A stretch of 64,000 bases of DNA from an uncultured Gemmatimonadales bacterium (GTDB lineage: Bacteria > Gemmatimonadota > Gemmatimonadetes > Gemmatimonadales > Gemmatimonadaceae): the NCBI GenBank assembly GCA_963851265.1, contig CAWKNZ010000003.1, positions 160,001-224,000 on the forward strand. The letters run 5' to 3'. The notes under the pieces are model-generated. The model was not told the DNA's origin, made no database searches, and saw nothing but the letters and a program-made list of their open reading frames with translations. The translations under genes were made by a program, and so were the position numbers. Numbering within the stretch: the first letter of the stretch is position 1; every line of letters starts with the position of its first letter. Shown here in pieces: positions 18,565 to 27,946 of the stretch.

Positions 18565-19311
18565 ATGCTCGAGCTCCGCGACGTGCGGAAGCGTTACGAC
18601 GGCCAACTCGCCCTCCGGGGGGTCTCGTTCGCCGTCGCGGCCGGAGAGATCGTCGGACTCGTTGGGCCGAACGGCGCGGGGAAGACGACGACGCTGCGCT
18701 GCACGGCGGGGATCCTCACGCCGAGCGCGGGGAGCGTGCGCGTCGCCGGCGTGGACGTGGCGCGCGACCCCGTCGCGGCCAAGCGCGCGCTCGCCTTCGT
18801 GCCCGACGAGCCGCACCTGTTCGACTATCTGACGGTGGAGGAGCACCTGCGGTTCGTGGCGCGGCTGTACGGCGTGCGCGACGCGGCGGTCCGCGGGCCC
18901 GCGCTGCTCGGCGAGTTGGAGCTGGCGGACAAACGGCGCGCGCTGCCGAGCGAACTGTCGCGGGGGATGCGGCAGAAGCTGGCGATCGCGTGCGCCCTCC
19001 TGCACGACCCGCGGCTGCTGCTGCTGGACGAGCCGTTGACGGGGCTGGACCCGTCGGGGATGCGGCGGATGAAGGCGACGATCGCGGCGCGCGCGGGCGC
19101 GGGCGCGGCGGTGGTGCTCTCGTCGCACCTGCTGCACCTGGTCGAGGAGCTGTGCACGCGCGTGGTCGTGCTGCACCGCGGGGCGGTGGCCGCGCAGGGC
19201 GCGATCACCGACATCGTCGCGCAACGCCCGGAGTTCGCGGGGCAGTCGCTCGAGGAGATCTTCGAGGCGCTGACGGCCGGACGCGAGCCGGACGAGGCCG
19301 GGGTGGTGTGA
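18565..19311 (+). CDS. ABC transporter ATP-binding protein
   Basis: Walker A GPNGAGKTT, signature LSRGMRQK, Walker B LLLLDEP, SSH. Confidence 0.95.
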   Translation: MLELRDVRKRYDGQLALRGVSFAVAAGEIVGLVGPNGAGKTTTLRCTAGILTPSAGSVRVAGVDVARDPVAAKRALAFVPDEPHLFDYLTVEEHLRFVARLYGVRDAAVRGPALLGELELADKRRALPSELSRGMRQKLAIACALLHDPRLLLLDEPLTGLDPSGMRRMKATIAARAGAGAAVVLSSHLLHLVEELCTRVVVLHRGAVAAQGAITDIVAQRPEFAGQSLEEIFEALTAGREPDEAGVV

Positions 19312-21158
19312 GCGGCGGCGGGCCAGACGGCGCCGCCGCGTCGCCGATCCGCGCGGTCGCGTACCTCACGGCCGTGTCGCTGAAGAACCGGGTGCTCGTG
19401 CAACTGCGTCGCCTGCGCTCGCCCCGGGCGCTGGTCGCGGCGGCCGCGGGCGCGGCGTACATGTGGTATTTCCTGTTCCGGCAGGACGCGCGTTCGGCGG
19501 CCGGCTCGCTGCTGACCGGGGCGTCGTGGCCGTTGCGGGTCGCGGCGCTGGTCGCGTTAGGCTTCCCCGCGTTCTGGTGGCTCGCGCGCGGGGGCAAGGA
19601 GGCGTCGGGCGCGCTCGCGTTCACGCCGGCGGAAGAGTACCTCTTGTTCGCCGCGCCGGTGTCGCGTCGCGGACTCGTCCACTGGAAGCTGTGGCGGGCG
19701 CAGCTCGCCGTGCTGTTCAACACCGTGCTGTTCACGGTGCTGTTGCGCGGGGGCGCCGGGCACGCGGGGGCCTGGGCGCGCGCGCTCTCGCTGTGGCTGG
19801 TGTTCTCGACCCTGCAGCTGCACCGGCTCGCCGCGGCGCTCGTCACGGGGCCGGCCGACGGGCGGGGTGCGGCGGGTGGACGCGGGACGGCCGAGCGCGG
19901 CGGGCGCTCGGTCGTGGCGCGGTGGGCGCCGGCGGCGGTTCTCGCCGCGTTGGTCGGGGCCGTGGCGGTCACGCTCGCGCCGCGGGCGGGCGCGCTCGCG
20001 GCGGCGTGGGACGCCGGGTTCGGCGCGTTCGGAACGATGCTCGGCGCGGCGCTCGACCAGACGCCGGCGCGGTGGGCGCTCTGGCCCACGCGCGCGCTGC
20101 TCGCGCCGCTGTTCGCGCTCGGGGCCCAGGCCGCGTCGTATCAGGGCGTCGGCGGCGCGTTCGGCGACGTCACGGCACGACAGCGCTGGGCGGCGACGCT
20201 GCTCCCGGCGGTGCTCCTCGTCGCGGCGCATTACTTCTGGGTGATCCGCATCGACGCGCGCCTCACGGAGCTCGCCCTCGACGCGGGCGAGGCCAAGCGC
20301 CGCGCGCGCGCGAAGGCCCGCACGCGGGCGCCGGGCGCGGGGGCGCGACGGACGCTGCGGCTGGCGCCCGTCGGTCCACCCGCGGTCGCCCTGGTGTGGA
20401 AGAACTGGCTCGCGTTCACGCGGGCGACGGCGCTGGTGCGCGTGCTCACGCTCCTCGGGGTCGCTGCCGCCGGGACGCTCGCCGCGACGATGCGCAGTCC
20501 GCGGTTCGCGGAGCTGGCCACCGTCGTCGCGGCGACGTGGGGGGCGCTCCTCGTCGCCGCGGGACCGCTCTGGGTGCGCTACGACATCCGCCACGATCTA
20601 CCGCACCTGCCGTTCCTCAAGGCTGTGCCGATCGCTGGGCGGACGCTCGTCGCCGCGGAGATCACCGCGTCGGTGCTGGCCCTGACCGGAGTGCAGCTTG
20701 CGGCGCTCGCCTTTCTCCTGATCGCGGCGGCCGGCGCGCGGGACGAGTTCGGACTCCGGCCGGCGGAGCGCGCCGTGTATGCGCTCGCGCTCGCCATTGC
20801 GTTGCCGGGGTTGAACGCGGCGACGCTCACCGTCCAGAACGGGATCGCCCTGCTCTTCCCGGCCTGGGTGCGCCAGCCGGGGGGGAGCGCGCGCGGGATC
20901 GAGGCGACCGGACAGAACCTCGTCGGAACCGCACTCACACTCGCCGCGTCGGCCGTGCTGCTGGCGATCCCCGCGGGACTCGCCCTCGCCCTCGTGTGGG
21001 CGCTTCGACGCTCGGCCGCCGCCGCGCTCGGCCCGTGGCTCGCGGTGCCGGCCGCCGCGCTCTTCACACTCGGCGCGGCCGGCGTGTTGTGGCCCGTGGT
21101 CGGCTGGCTCGGCCGGGTGTTCGATCGCACCGATCCGATCGAGACGACGCCCGCGTGA
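19308..21158 (+). CDS. Putative ABC exporter permease
   Basis: Multi-TM protein overlapping the ATPase stop; FTPAEEYLLFAAPVSRR, ALVWKN, DLPHLPFLKAVPI. Confidence 0.8.
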   Translation: MSGGGPDGAAASPIRAVAYLTAVSLKNRVLVQLRRLRSPRALVAAAAGAAYMWYFLFRQDARSAAGSLLTGASWPLRVAALVALGFPAFWWLARGGKEASGALAFTPAEEYLLFAAPVSRRGLVHWKLWRAQLAVLFNTVLFTVLLRGGAGHAGAWARALSLWLVFSTLQLHRLAAALVTGPADGRGAAGGRGTAERGGRSVVARWAPAAVLAALVGAVAVTLAPRAGALAAAWDAGFGAFGTMLGAALDQTPARWALWPTRALLAPLFALGAQAASYQGVGGAFGDVTARQRWAATLLPAVLLVAAHYFWVIRIDARLTELALDAGEAKRRARAKARTRAPGAGARRTLRLAPVGPPAVALVWKNWLAFTRATALVRVLTLLGVAAAGTLAATMRSPRFAELATVVAATWGALLVAAGPLWVRYDIRHDLPHLPFLKAVPIAGRTLVAAEITASVLALTGVQLAALAFLLIAAAGARDEFGLRPAERAVYALALAIALPGLNAATLTVQNGIALLFPAWVRQPGGSARGIEATGQNLVGTALTLAASAVLLAIPAGLALALVWALRRSAAAALGPWLAVPAAALFTLGAAGVLWPVVGWLGRVFDRTDPIETTPA

Positions 21159-21288
21159 ACGTCGCCCGGTCGCTCGACGACGGCCGCTTGCCGGCGCCCG
21201 GCGACGTGATCGCGACGCGTCAAGCCGATACTTTGGTGCGAATGATTGTGGCGTGACCGCAGGGGCACGCTCGCGTCTCTGACGTACC

Positions 21289-21720
21289 ATGACCATCGAA
21301 TTCCTCACCGCACGTGGCGTCGACCACGTGGTCTACGCCGCCGACGCGCTCAGCTCAATGGAGCTCGACGCGCTTCCGTACGGGATGATCCAGCTCGACT
21401 CGCGGGGCGTGGTGCTGCGCTACAGCAGCGCCGAAGCCCGGCTGAGCGGGCTCGACGCGGGGGACACGGTGGGGCGCGACTTCTTCCGAGAGGTCGCACC
21501 CTGCACGCAGGTCGCGGAGTTCTACGGGCGGTTTCAGGACGGGGTGCGGGCGCGCCAGCTCGACGTCGTGTTCAACTTCCGTTTCGAGTTCCGGCCGCCG
21601 AAAGACGTGCGCATCCACCTGTTCTATTCCAAGGCGACGCGTTCGGTGTGGGTGAAGGTCGTCGACCTCACCGAAGTGACCGAGGCGGAAGAACCGGCTC
21701 GCGCCGGCCGCTCCGACTGA
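21289..21720 (+). CDS. pyp: Photoactive yellow protein (PYP) homolog
   Basis: LDALPYGMIQLD..LRYSSAE..VGRDFFREVAPCT..EFYGRF aligns without gaps to H. halophila PYP residues 40-70, keeping Tyr42, Glu46 and Cys69. Confidence 0.9.
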   Translation: MTIEFLTARGVDHVVYAADALSSMELDALPYGMIQLDSRGVVLRYSSAEARLSGLDAGDTVGRDFFREVAPCTQVAEFYGRFQDGVRARQLDVVFNFRFEFRPPKDVRIHLFYSKATRSVWVKVVDLTEVTEAEEPARAGRSD

Positions 21721-21728
21721 AGCCTGCC

Positions 21729-23471
21729 GTGGCGTATCGCACTCTCGAGGCATCACCGAACGCTCCCGACCCGGCGCTGCTGTACCGCGCCCTGCTCGAC
21801 TCGCACCCGGAGCCGACGTTCACGCTCGACCGTTCGGGCGCGATCCGGGAGTGCAACCGCGCGTTCGCGCATTTCGTCGGGCGACCGAGTCGTGCCCTCG
21901 TCGGGGAGTCGTTCGCCTCGCTCGTGCTGCCCGGGCACCGGCCCGCGGCGGAACAGGCGTGGGCGGTCGCGTCGATGGGGCGGGCGCAGTCCTGGCAGGC
22001 GGAGTTCGTCGGTCCGGACGACACGGTGAGCATCGCGTACGTCACGCTCGTACCGGTGGTCGTGGACGCGGACGTGGTGGGGCTGCAGGGGATCGCGCGC
22101 GACGTCACCGTCTATCAGGTGATCGAGGAGCAGCTGCAGGCGCGCGTCTTCACCGACCCGCTCACCGGACTGGCGAGCCGCACGCAGCTGTTGGAGGGCG
22201 CGGCGCGCGCGTGCCGGCGGGCCGAGCGGCCGCAGTCGGTGGCGATGCTCTTTCTGGACCTCGACGACTTCAAGCTCGTGAACGACGCGCTCGGGCACGC
22301 GATCGGCGACCAGGTGCTGGCCGCGGTGGGGGCGCGGCTTCGGCGCGCGACACGCGGCGCCGACCTGCCGGCGCGGCTCGGCGGCGACGAGTTCGCGGTG
22401 CTGCTCGATGCGCTCGCGACGCCCGAGGACGCGGCGGTGGTCGTGGAGCGGATCTCCGCGGCGCTGTGTGAGCCGCTCGTCGTGGACGGGCGGTCGATCA
22501 CGACGGTGGCGAGCATCGGGGTGGCGCACTGGGACGGCGCGGCCACGCCTGCGGAGTTGCTGCGGAACGCGGACCTCGCCATGTACCGGGCGAAGTCGTT
22601 AGGCAAGGGGCGGCACGCCGTGTACGACGCGGGCATGCAGGCCGCCGCGCGCGCGCGCCTCGAGCTGGCGAGCGATCTGCGCGCCGCGCTGCGCGGCGAC
22701 GCGGACGGCGGGATGCTGCACGCGGCCTACCAGCCGATCGTGGACGCGGCGAGCGGAGTGCCGGTGAAGGCCGAGGCGCTCGCGCGCTGGACGCACCCGA
22801 CGCGCGGCCCGGTGTCGCCGGGCGAGTTCATCCCGGTGGCGGAGGAGACGGGGCTGATCGAGGAATTGGGCGCGTTCATGCTGCGCGCGGGGTGCCGACA
22901 GTTGCGCGCGTGGGCGGACGCGGCATGCGAGTCGGGCGCCGCGCCGATCGGGGTGACGGTGAACGTGTCGGGGCGGCAGATCGAGCGCGGGACGCTCGTC
23001 GCGACGGTGCGCGAGGTGCTCGCGCAGACCGGCGCCGACCCGGACGGGCTGACGCTCGAACTCACCGAGAGCGTGGCGATGCGCGACCCGCAGCGCGTCC
23101 TCGCGACGCTGACCGCGCTCACGTCGTTGGGCGTGAAGCTCGCGATCGACGATTTCGGCACGGGGTACTCTTCGCTGTCGTACCTGCAGCGGTTTCCGCT
23201 CGACGCGCTGAAGATCGACAAGAGCTTCGTCGACGGGCTCGCGCTCGATGGCGCGGCGGGGGTGCAGGCGGCGGGGCTGGTGCGGGCGGTGGTGCAGATG
23301 GCCGCGGCGCTCGGGCTGCAGACGGTCGCGGAGGGCGTGGAGACCGCGGCGCAGTTCGAGGCGGTGCGCGCACTCGGCTGCGACCTCGCGCAGGGCTACC
23401 ACTTCGGCCGGCCGGGGACGGCCGCGGCGGTGGACGCGCTGGCGGACGCGGCGCCCGCGGCACGCGCCTAA
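21729..23471 (+). CDS. PAS-GGDEF-EAL diguanylate cyclase/phosphodiesterase
   Basis: PAS (ECNRAF..LVG..GIARDVT), DLDDFKLVND..GD, RGAD..RLGGDEF, EALARW, LELTE, DDFGTGYSSLSYL, KIDKSF, AEGVE, QGY. Confidence 0.95.
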   Translation: MAYRTLEASPNAPDPALLYRALLDSHPEPTFTLDRSGAIRECNRAFAHFVGRPSRALVGESFASLVLPGHRPAAEQAWAVASMGRAQSWQAEFVGPDDTVSIAYVTLVPVVVDADVVGLQGIARDVTVYQVIEEQLQARVFTDPLTGLASRTQLLEGAARACRRAERPQSVAMLFLDLDDFKLVNDALGHAIGDQVLAAVGARLRRATRGADLPARLGGDEFAVLLDALATPEDAAVVVERISAALCEPLVVDGRSITTVASIGVAHWDGAATPAELLRNADLAMYRAKSLGKGRHAVYDAGMQAAARARLELASDLRAALRGDADGGMLHAAYQPIVDAASGVPVKAEALARWTHPTRGPVSPGEFIPVAEETGLIEELGAFMLRAGCRQLRAWADAACESGAAPIGVTVNVSGRQIERGTLVATVREVLAQTGADPDGLTLELTESVAMRDPQRVLATLTALTSLGVKLAIDDFGTGYSSLSYLQRFPLDALKIDKSFVDGLALDGAAGVQAAGLVRAVVQMAAALGLQTVAEGVETAAQFEAVRALGCDLAQGYHFGRPGTAAAVDALADAAPAARA

Positions 23472-23569
23472 CCGTACCGCCGTCTGCGGACGGTCGCGCC
23501 GAACGCGCGAGCGGGCGGCGCTCGGTGCGCCGCCCGCTCGTCATTCGGAACGCGGGGTGTACGCCGCGA

Positions 23570-23767
23570 TCACTCCGACAGCTTGCGCTCCACCTTGCCG
23601 AGGGCGTCCTGCGCCTTGCCCTTGAGCTGGTCGAGCTTGCCCTCGCCCTGGAGCTGGCTGTCGCCGGTGAGGCCGCCCGCCGCGTCCTTGAGCTTGCCCT
23701 TGAGGTCGCTGCCCTTGCCGGACACCGAGTCGTTCACGCCCTGGTCGTATGTGCGATCGTCAGCCAT
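23570..23767 (-). CDS. CsbD family stress protein
   Basis: GKGSDLKGKLKDAAGGLTGDSQLQGEGKLDQLKGKAQ, with AAGGAG RBS upstream. Confidence 0.9.
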   Translation of the reverse strand: MADDRTYDQGVNDSVSGKGSDLKGKLKDAAGGLTGDSQLQGEGKLDQLKGKAQDALGKVERKLSE

Positions 23768-23974
23768 GGGAATCTCCTTGGAGGAAGCTACGCGTCGCCT
23801 TCGCGAGTGTCCCCCGGCGGTGGCGGCGCGTGGCGCGCGGGGTGACGGGCACGAGATAAGGCAAACACGGGGCCGCCACGGGGCGACGGGGCGAAGCCGG
23901 GCATGCGACGCGCGAGGCCAAACGCACGGCGTGCACTATCTTGCGTTGGCACGCTTCCCCATCTGCCAGATCGC

Positions 23975-24679
23975 ATGCCCCGAGACCGCGACGACCACTT
24001 CGCCGGCGAGCACGACCCGGACGACCACGAGCCGGACGAGCACGAGCCCGACGAGCCGGACGAGCCCGAGTCGGACGACGAGGACTATGACGCCGCCGAC
24101 GATGACGACGACGATGAGGACGAAGATGACGACGGCGAGCCGCAGCGGCCGGCCGTGTTCATCACGACCGCGCAGCCCGTAGATCTTTCGGTGACGCGGA
24201 TCGAGGACGAGCGTGCGCCGGACGGCGCGGCACTTGGCGCGTTCATCGACGGGCGCCTCGTCGCACGGTCGGCGATGCCGGCGGAGGCGATCGACCGTCT
24301 CCTCGCGCTCGGGCTGTTCGACACCCCGGTGCCGCTCGGGCTGTTCGCCTACGAGGAGGAGCCGGGGCTCCAGTGTCGGCTGTTCGCGCTCGTGCCGAGC
24401 GGGATGCTGGAGGAGGCCGGGCACGCGGACGAGCCGTGGAAGGCGAGCGTGCCGAGCTACGAGGACCGGCTGGCGCGCGGGGGGGACGACGACGACGAGG
24501 ACGACGGGCCGTCGCTGGAGACGATCCTGCTCGGGCACATCGTGCGGTTCGCCGGGGATCGGAAGCACCCGGACGACCTCGCGGCCGAGGCCGTCGACAT
24601 CCTGCACAAGATCCTGACCGGCGGCCCGCTGGCCGACGCGAACAGCAAGGCGATCGACGACCTGCTGGACAGCCTGTAA
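23975..24679 (+). CDS. Hypothetical highly acidic protein
   Basis: Typical codon usage, D/E-rich N-terminal tract followed by a globular region, ends just before a terminator. Confidence 0.75.
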   Translation: MPRDRDDHFAGEHDPDDHEPDEHEPDEPDEPESDDEDYDAADDDDDDEDEDDDGEPQRPAVFITTAQPVDLSVTRIEDERAPDGAALGAFIDGRLVARSAMPAEAIDRLLALGLFDTPVPLGLFAYEEEPGLQCRLFALVPSGMLEEAGHADEPWKASVPSYEDRLARGGDDDDEDDGPSLETILLGHIVRFAGDRKHPDDLAAEAVDILHKILTGGPLADANSKAIDDLLDSL

Positions 24680-24686
24680 TCCCGGA

Positions 24687-24726
24687 ACGCAGAAGACCCC
24701 CGCGACACCGCGGGGGTCTTCTGCGT
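24687..24726. terminator. Bidirectional terminator hairpin
   Basis: Perfect 18-bp stem ACGCAGAAGACCCCCGCG/CGCGGGGGTCTTCTGCGT with 4-nt loop between convergent genes. Confidence 0.8.
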
Positions 24727-24740
24727 GCGTCGCCGGTGCG

Positions 24741-24977
24741 TTAGGCGGCGAGCTGGGTGCCGTGGGCCGGGCGCCAGCCGCGCGAGCGGCGGCCGGTCTT
24801 GATGAGTTCGAAGCGTGCCGGCGGGAAGCCGTGGACTCCGATCTCCAGCGTGTCGCCGAGATGGGCCTCGGCCTGCTCGGCGATCGCGTCGAGCGCCTCG
24901 CGGAACGAATCGCTGGTCACCGCGCCGGCTTCGCGCACGGTGCCTTCGTTGGCGAGGGAGAACTGGAAGCGGGGCAT
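24741..24977 (-). CDS. Small hypothetical protein (78 aa)
   Basis: MPRFQFSLANEGTVREAG..LEIGVHGFPPARFEL, with CAGGAG RBS upstream. Confidence 0.7.
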   Translation of the reverse strand: MPRFQFSLANEGTVREAGAVTSDSFREALDAIAEQAEAHLGDTLEIGVHGFPPARFELIKTGRRSRGWRPAHGTQLAA

Positions 24978-25136
24978 GGTCGTCTCCTGGGGTGGAAAGG
25001 CCGGGGACTGGCGACGCGAGCACACCGAACGCGACGACGTAACGCGAGCGCCGTGCCGAGCCGCCGCCGGCTGCGTTAGAGTACCCCGGCGCGCGTGCGG
25101 CGTTCGCCGCGCGCCCTCCCGACGCCCCCACTTCGC

Positions 25137-26138
25137 ATGGCCGACTTCCGCCCCAGCGCGCCCGCGCACGTCCAGCCGCTCGCGACCTCGTCGGGCAGTG
25201 TCGACACGTGGTGCATCGACCTGAACTTTCAGGGGCACCCGAACGCGGTCGCCGCGTACCTGCTCGCCGACGGCGACGATCTGTTGCTGGTCGAGACGGG
25301 GCCGGGGTCGACGCTCGACGCGCTCGAGGCGGGCGTGCGGGCCGCGGGGTTCGCGCTCGACCAGCTCACGGGCGTGGTGGTCACGCACATCCACCTCGAC
25401 CACGCGGGCGGCGCGGGGGCGGTGCTCGCGCGCGCGCCGCGGGCGCGCTTCTACGTGCACCCGCGCGGCGCGGCGCACATGATCGACCCGTCGAAGCTGG
25501 TCGCGAGCGCGACGCGCATCTACGGCGCGGACATGGATCGGCTGTGGGGGTCGTTCGAGGCGGTGCCGGCGGAGCGCCTCACCCAACTGGCCGACGGCGA
25601 CGCGGTGCGCTGCGGTGGGCGGACGCTCACCGCGCTGCACACGCCGGGGCACGCGGTGCACCACGTGGTGCTGCACGAGGCCGAGCGCGGCGACGTGTAC
25701 GCGGGCGACGTGGCCGGCGTGCGCGTGGGGCCGATGCGCGTCGTGGTGCCGCCCACGCCGCCGCCGGACATCGACCCGCCGGCATGGCGCGAGAGCATCG
25801 CGCGCATCCGGGCGCTCGCACCGCGGCGGTTGCTGCTGACGCACTTCGGCGCGTTCGACGACGCGGCGTGGCACCTGGACGACTGCCTCACGCGCCTGTA
25901 CGCGTGGACGGGTTACGTGGAGGGACGGTTGGACGCGGCGGGCGGCGTGGGTGCCGCGACGCCGGCGGTGCTGGCCGAGGTGGGGGCCGCGCTGGCCGCG
26001 CGGGCGCGCCGGGAGTTCGACGCGGCCGGCGCGGGTGCCGACACGGTGGGAAGCTCCGAGGCGGCGATGCCGATGAACACCGCGCTGCCGGGGATCGTGC
26101 GCTGGCTGCAGGTGCGGGACCGGGCGCCGCGCGCGTGA
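25137..26138 (+). CDS. MBL-fold metallo-hydrolase
   Basis: THIHLDHAGG, TPGHA.HH, YAGD, LTHFG. Confidence 0.92.
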   Translation: MADFRPSAPAHVQPLATSSGSVDTWCIDLNFQGHPNAVAAYLLADGDDLLLVETGPGSTLDALEAGVRAAGFALDQLTGVVVTHIHLDHAGGAGAVLARAPRARFYVHPRGAAHMIDPSKLVASATRIYGADMDRLWGSFEAVPAERLTQLADGDAVRCGGRTLTALHTPGHAVHHVVLHEAERGDVYAGDVAGVRVGPMRVVVPPTPPPDIDPPAWRESIARIRALAPRRLLLTHFGAFDDAAWHLDDCLTRLYAWTGYVEGRLDAAGGVGAATPAVLAEVGAALAARARREFDAAGAGADTVGSSEAAMPMNTALPGIVRWLQVRDRAPRA

Positions 26139-27046
26139 CGACGCCGGTGACGCCGTCGGCGACCGCGCCGGCCGCGGCGCCGGGCGAGGTGCCGGGCGAG
26201 GTGCCCGCCGTCCCCGTGGTGACGGCGCGGCGCTACGTGCAGCCGCTGCGCGAGGGCGGGTCGCTGCCGGCGGTGGTCGAGGGCGACGACGGCGGGCTCT
26301 GGGTGGCGAAATTCCGTGGTGCCGGGCAGGGCGCGCGGGTGCTCATCGCGGAGCTCGTCGTCGGGCTGCTGGCGCAGGCGTTAGGCCTGCCGGTGCCGGC
26401 GCTCGCCGTGGTCGACGTGCCCGCCGAGTTCGGGCGCATCGAGCGCGACCCGGAGATCCAGGACCTGCTGCGGAAGAGCGAGGGGGTGAACGTCGGGCTG
26501 CGGTACCTCGACGGCGCGTTCAACTTCGATCCGCTCGCGGCGGGCTCGCTCATCGAGCCCGCGTTCGCGGCGCGGGTGGTGTGGCTGGACGCGTACACGA
26601 CCAACCCGGACCGGTCGGCGCGCAACCCGAACCTGATGGTGTGGGACCGGCGCCCGTGGCTGATCGATCACGGGGCGGCGCTCTACGTGCAGCACGACTG
26701 GCGCGGGGTGGACGCGTCGCGCGCGCTCGCGCCGTTCCCGCTCGTGCGGCAGCACGTGCTGCTGGCGGCGAGCGCGGACCTGCGCGCGGCGGACGCGGCG
26801 CTGGCGCCGCTCGTGACGGACGCGCTGTTGCACGCCGTGCTGGGGCGCGTGCCGGACGCGCTGTTCGCCGACCCGTCGGGGCCGGTGGGCGCGGGGGAGT
26901 TCGCGGACGCGGGCGCGGCGCGGGCGCGCTACGCGGCGTATCTGGGCGACCGCGTGCGCGGACGCGCGGCGTGGCTCGACGCGGCCGTCGCGGCGCGCGA
27001 GGCCGTGCGGGCGGCGCCGCCGGAACGGCTTCGGGCGAGGCGGTGA
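26135..27046 (+). CDS. HipA-like kinase
   Basis: RYVQPLREGGSLP, KFRGAGQG..LIAEL, DPEIQDLL, NPDRSARNPNL, WLIDHGAALY. Confidence 0.88.
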   Translation: MTTPVTPSATAPAAAPGEVPGEVPAVPVVTARRYVQPLREGGSLPAVVEGDDGGLWVAKFRGAGQGARVLIAELVVGLLAQALGLPVPALAVVDVPAEFGRIERDPEIQDLLRKSEGVNVGLRYLDGAFNFDPLAAGSLIEPAFAARVVWLDAYTTNPDRSARNPNLMVWDRRPWLIDHGAALYVQHDWRGVDASRALAPFPLVRQHVLLAASADLRAADAALAPLVTDALLHAVLGRVPDALFADPSGPVGAGEFADAGAARARYAAYLGDRVRGRAAWLDAAVAAREAVRAAPPERLRARR

Positions 27047-27504
27047 GCGGCGGGGCTGGCGACGCGGGCCCGCTGGTCGCGTACGACTACGCGGTGCTGC
27101 GGGCGGTGCCGCACCCGCAGCTCGGGGGTGCGGTGCGGTCGGTGCCGGTGGGCGTCGTGGTGCACGCGCGGACCGCGGGGTTTCTCGAGCTCGCCGTCGT
27201 GGACGACGAGCGGTGGCTGGCCGCGCAGATGCCGAGCGTGGACGCGGGGCTGCTCGCGCGGTACCTGCGGGCGTGCCGGGCGGTGTGCCGCGGCGAGGCG
27301 GTGGGCGAGGGGGGGTGGGTGCACGCGGTGGCGCTGGCGCCGCCGTCGGAGCGGTTCCACTGGATCACGGCGCCGCGGTCGGACGTGGTGCAGTGCGGGG
27401 CGGTGCACGGGGGGATGGCGCGGGCGTTAGGCCACGAGTTGAGGCGGTTGTTCGAGGGGTACGTCGAAGGGGGTGGCGGACCGGGGCCGCACGCGGGTCC
27501 GTGA
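27043..27504 (+). CDS. DUF3037 domain protein
   Basis: YDYAVLRAVP..VGVVV..ERFHWITAPRSDVVQCGAVHGG..LRRLFEGYV, coupled to the HipA-like kinase. Confidence 0.85.
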   Translation: MSGGAGDAGPLVAYDYAVLRAVPHPQLGGAVRSVPVGVVVHARTAGFLELAVVDDERWLAAQMPSVDAGLLARYLRACRAVCRGEAVGEGGWVHAVALAPPSERFHWITAPRSDVVQCGAVHGGMARALGHELRRLFEGYVEGGGGPGPHAGP

Positions 27505-27536
27505 CCCTCCGTCCCGTCGCGCCAGCGGCCGGACGA

Positions 27537-27908
27537 TCAATCGGCGTATTCCATCGCCCCCTTCGCGTCGCGGAGCATCACGCAGGCCGACGCCTCGGCG
27601 GTGTGAAAGACGAGGGCGACGGCGGGCGAAGCGGCGGGCTGCGGCGGCGTGGCGAGGCCGAGGGTGAGCGTGGTGCCACGTTGCGTGACGTCCTGGACGG
27701 CGAGGCCGGTCGCGCCGTCGGCGCCCGCCGGCGCCGTGCCGTCGGTACGTACCGCGAGTGACGAGCCGTCGCCGAATCGTACGTGCCACGTGGCCGCGGG
27801 GCTCGGCGCGAACGGACTGGCAGGGGCCGACGCAGCCGGCGCGGGCGGCTCGACGGCGGTAATGGTGCGGCCGCGGAGGAGCGGGGCGAGTTTCTGGTTG
27901 CGCGACAT
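27537..27908 (-). CDS. Hypothetical protein
   Basis: MSRNQKLAPLLRGRTI..VRFGDGSSLAVRT..VMLRDAKGAMEYAD; typical codon usage. Confidence 0.65.
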   Translation of the reverse strand: MSRNQKLAPLLRGRTITAVEPPAPAASAPASPFAPSPAATWHVRFGDGSSLAVRTDGTAPAGADGATGLAVQDVTQRGTTLTLGLATPPQPAASPAVALVFHTAEASACVMLRDAKGAMEYAD

Positions 27909-27946
27909 GGGGGGCGCGGGTAGCGGGCGCGGGTAGCGGGGCTAGG

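Noticed and set aside
16743..21158. 1471-aa ORF and other long Arg/Ala/Pro-rich ORFs (e.g. 35708-38740, 54590-57946, 51503-54355, 11208-13526)
   Set aside because: High-GC shadow frames or spurious 5' extensions over real genes. Only the 3' portions with recognisable motifs were kept, where present.
21246..21728. PYP fused to the GGDEF-EAL protein by frameshift
   Set aside because: PYP has its own stop at 21720 and the downstream gene has a plausible GTG at 21729. No slippery site was seen.
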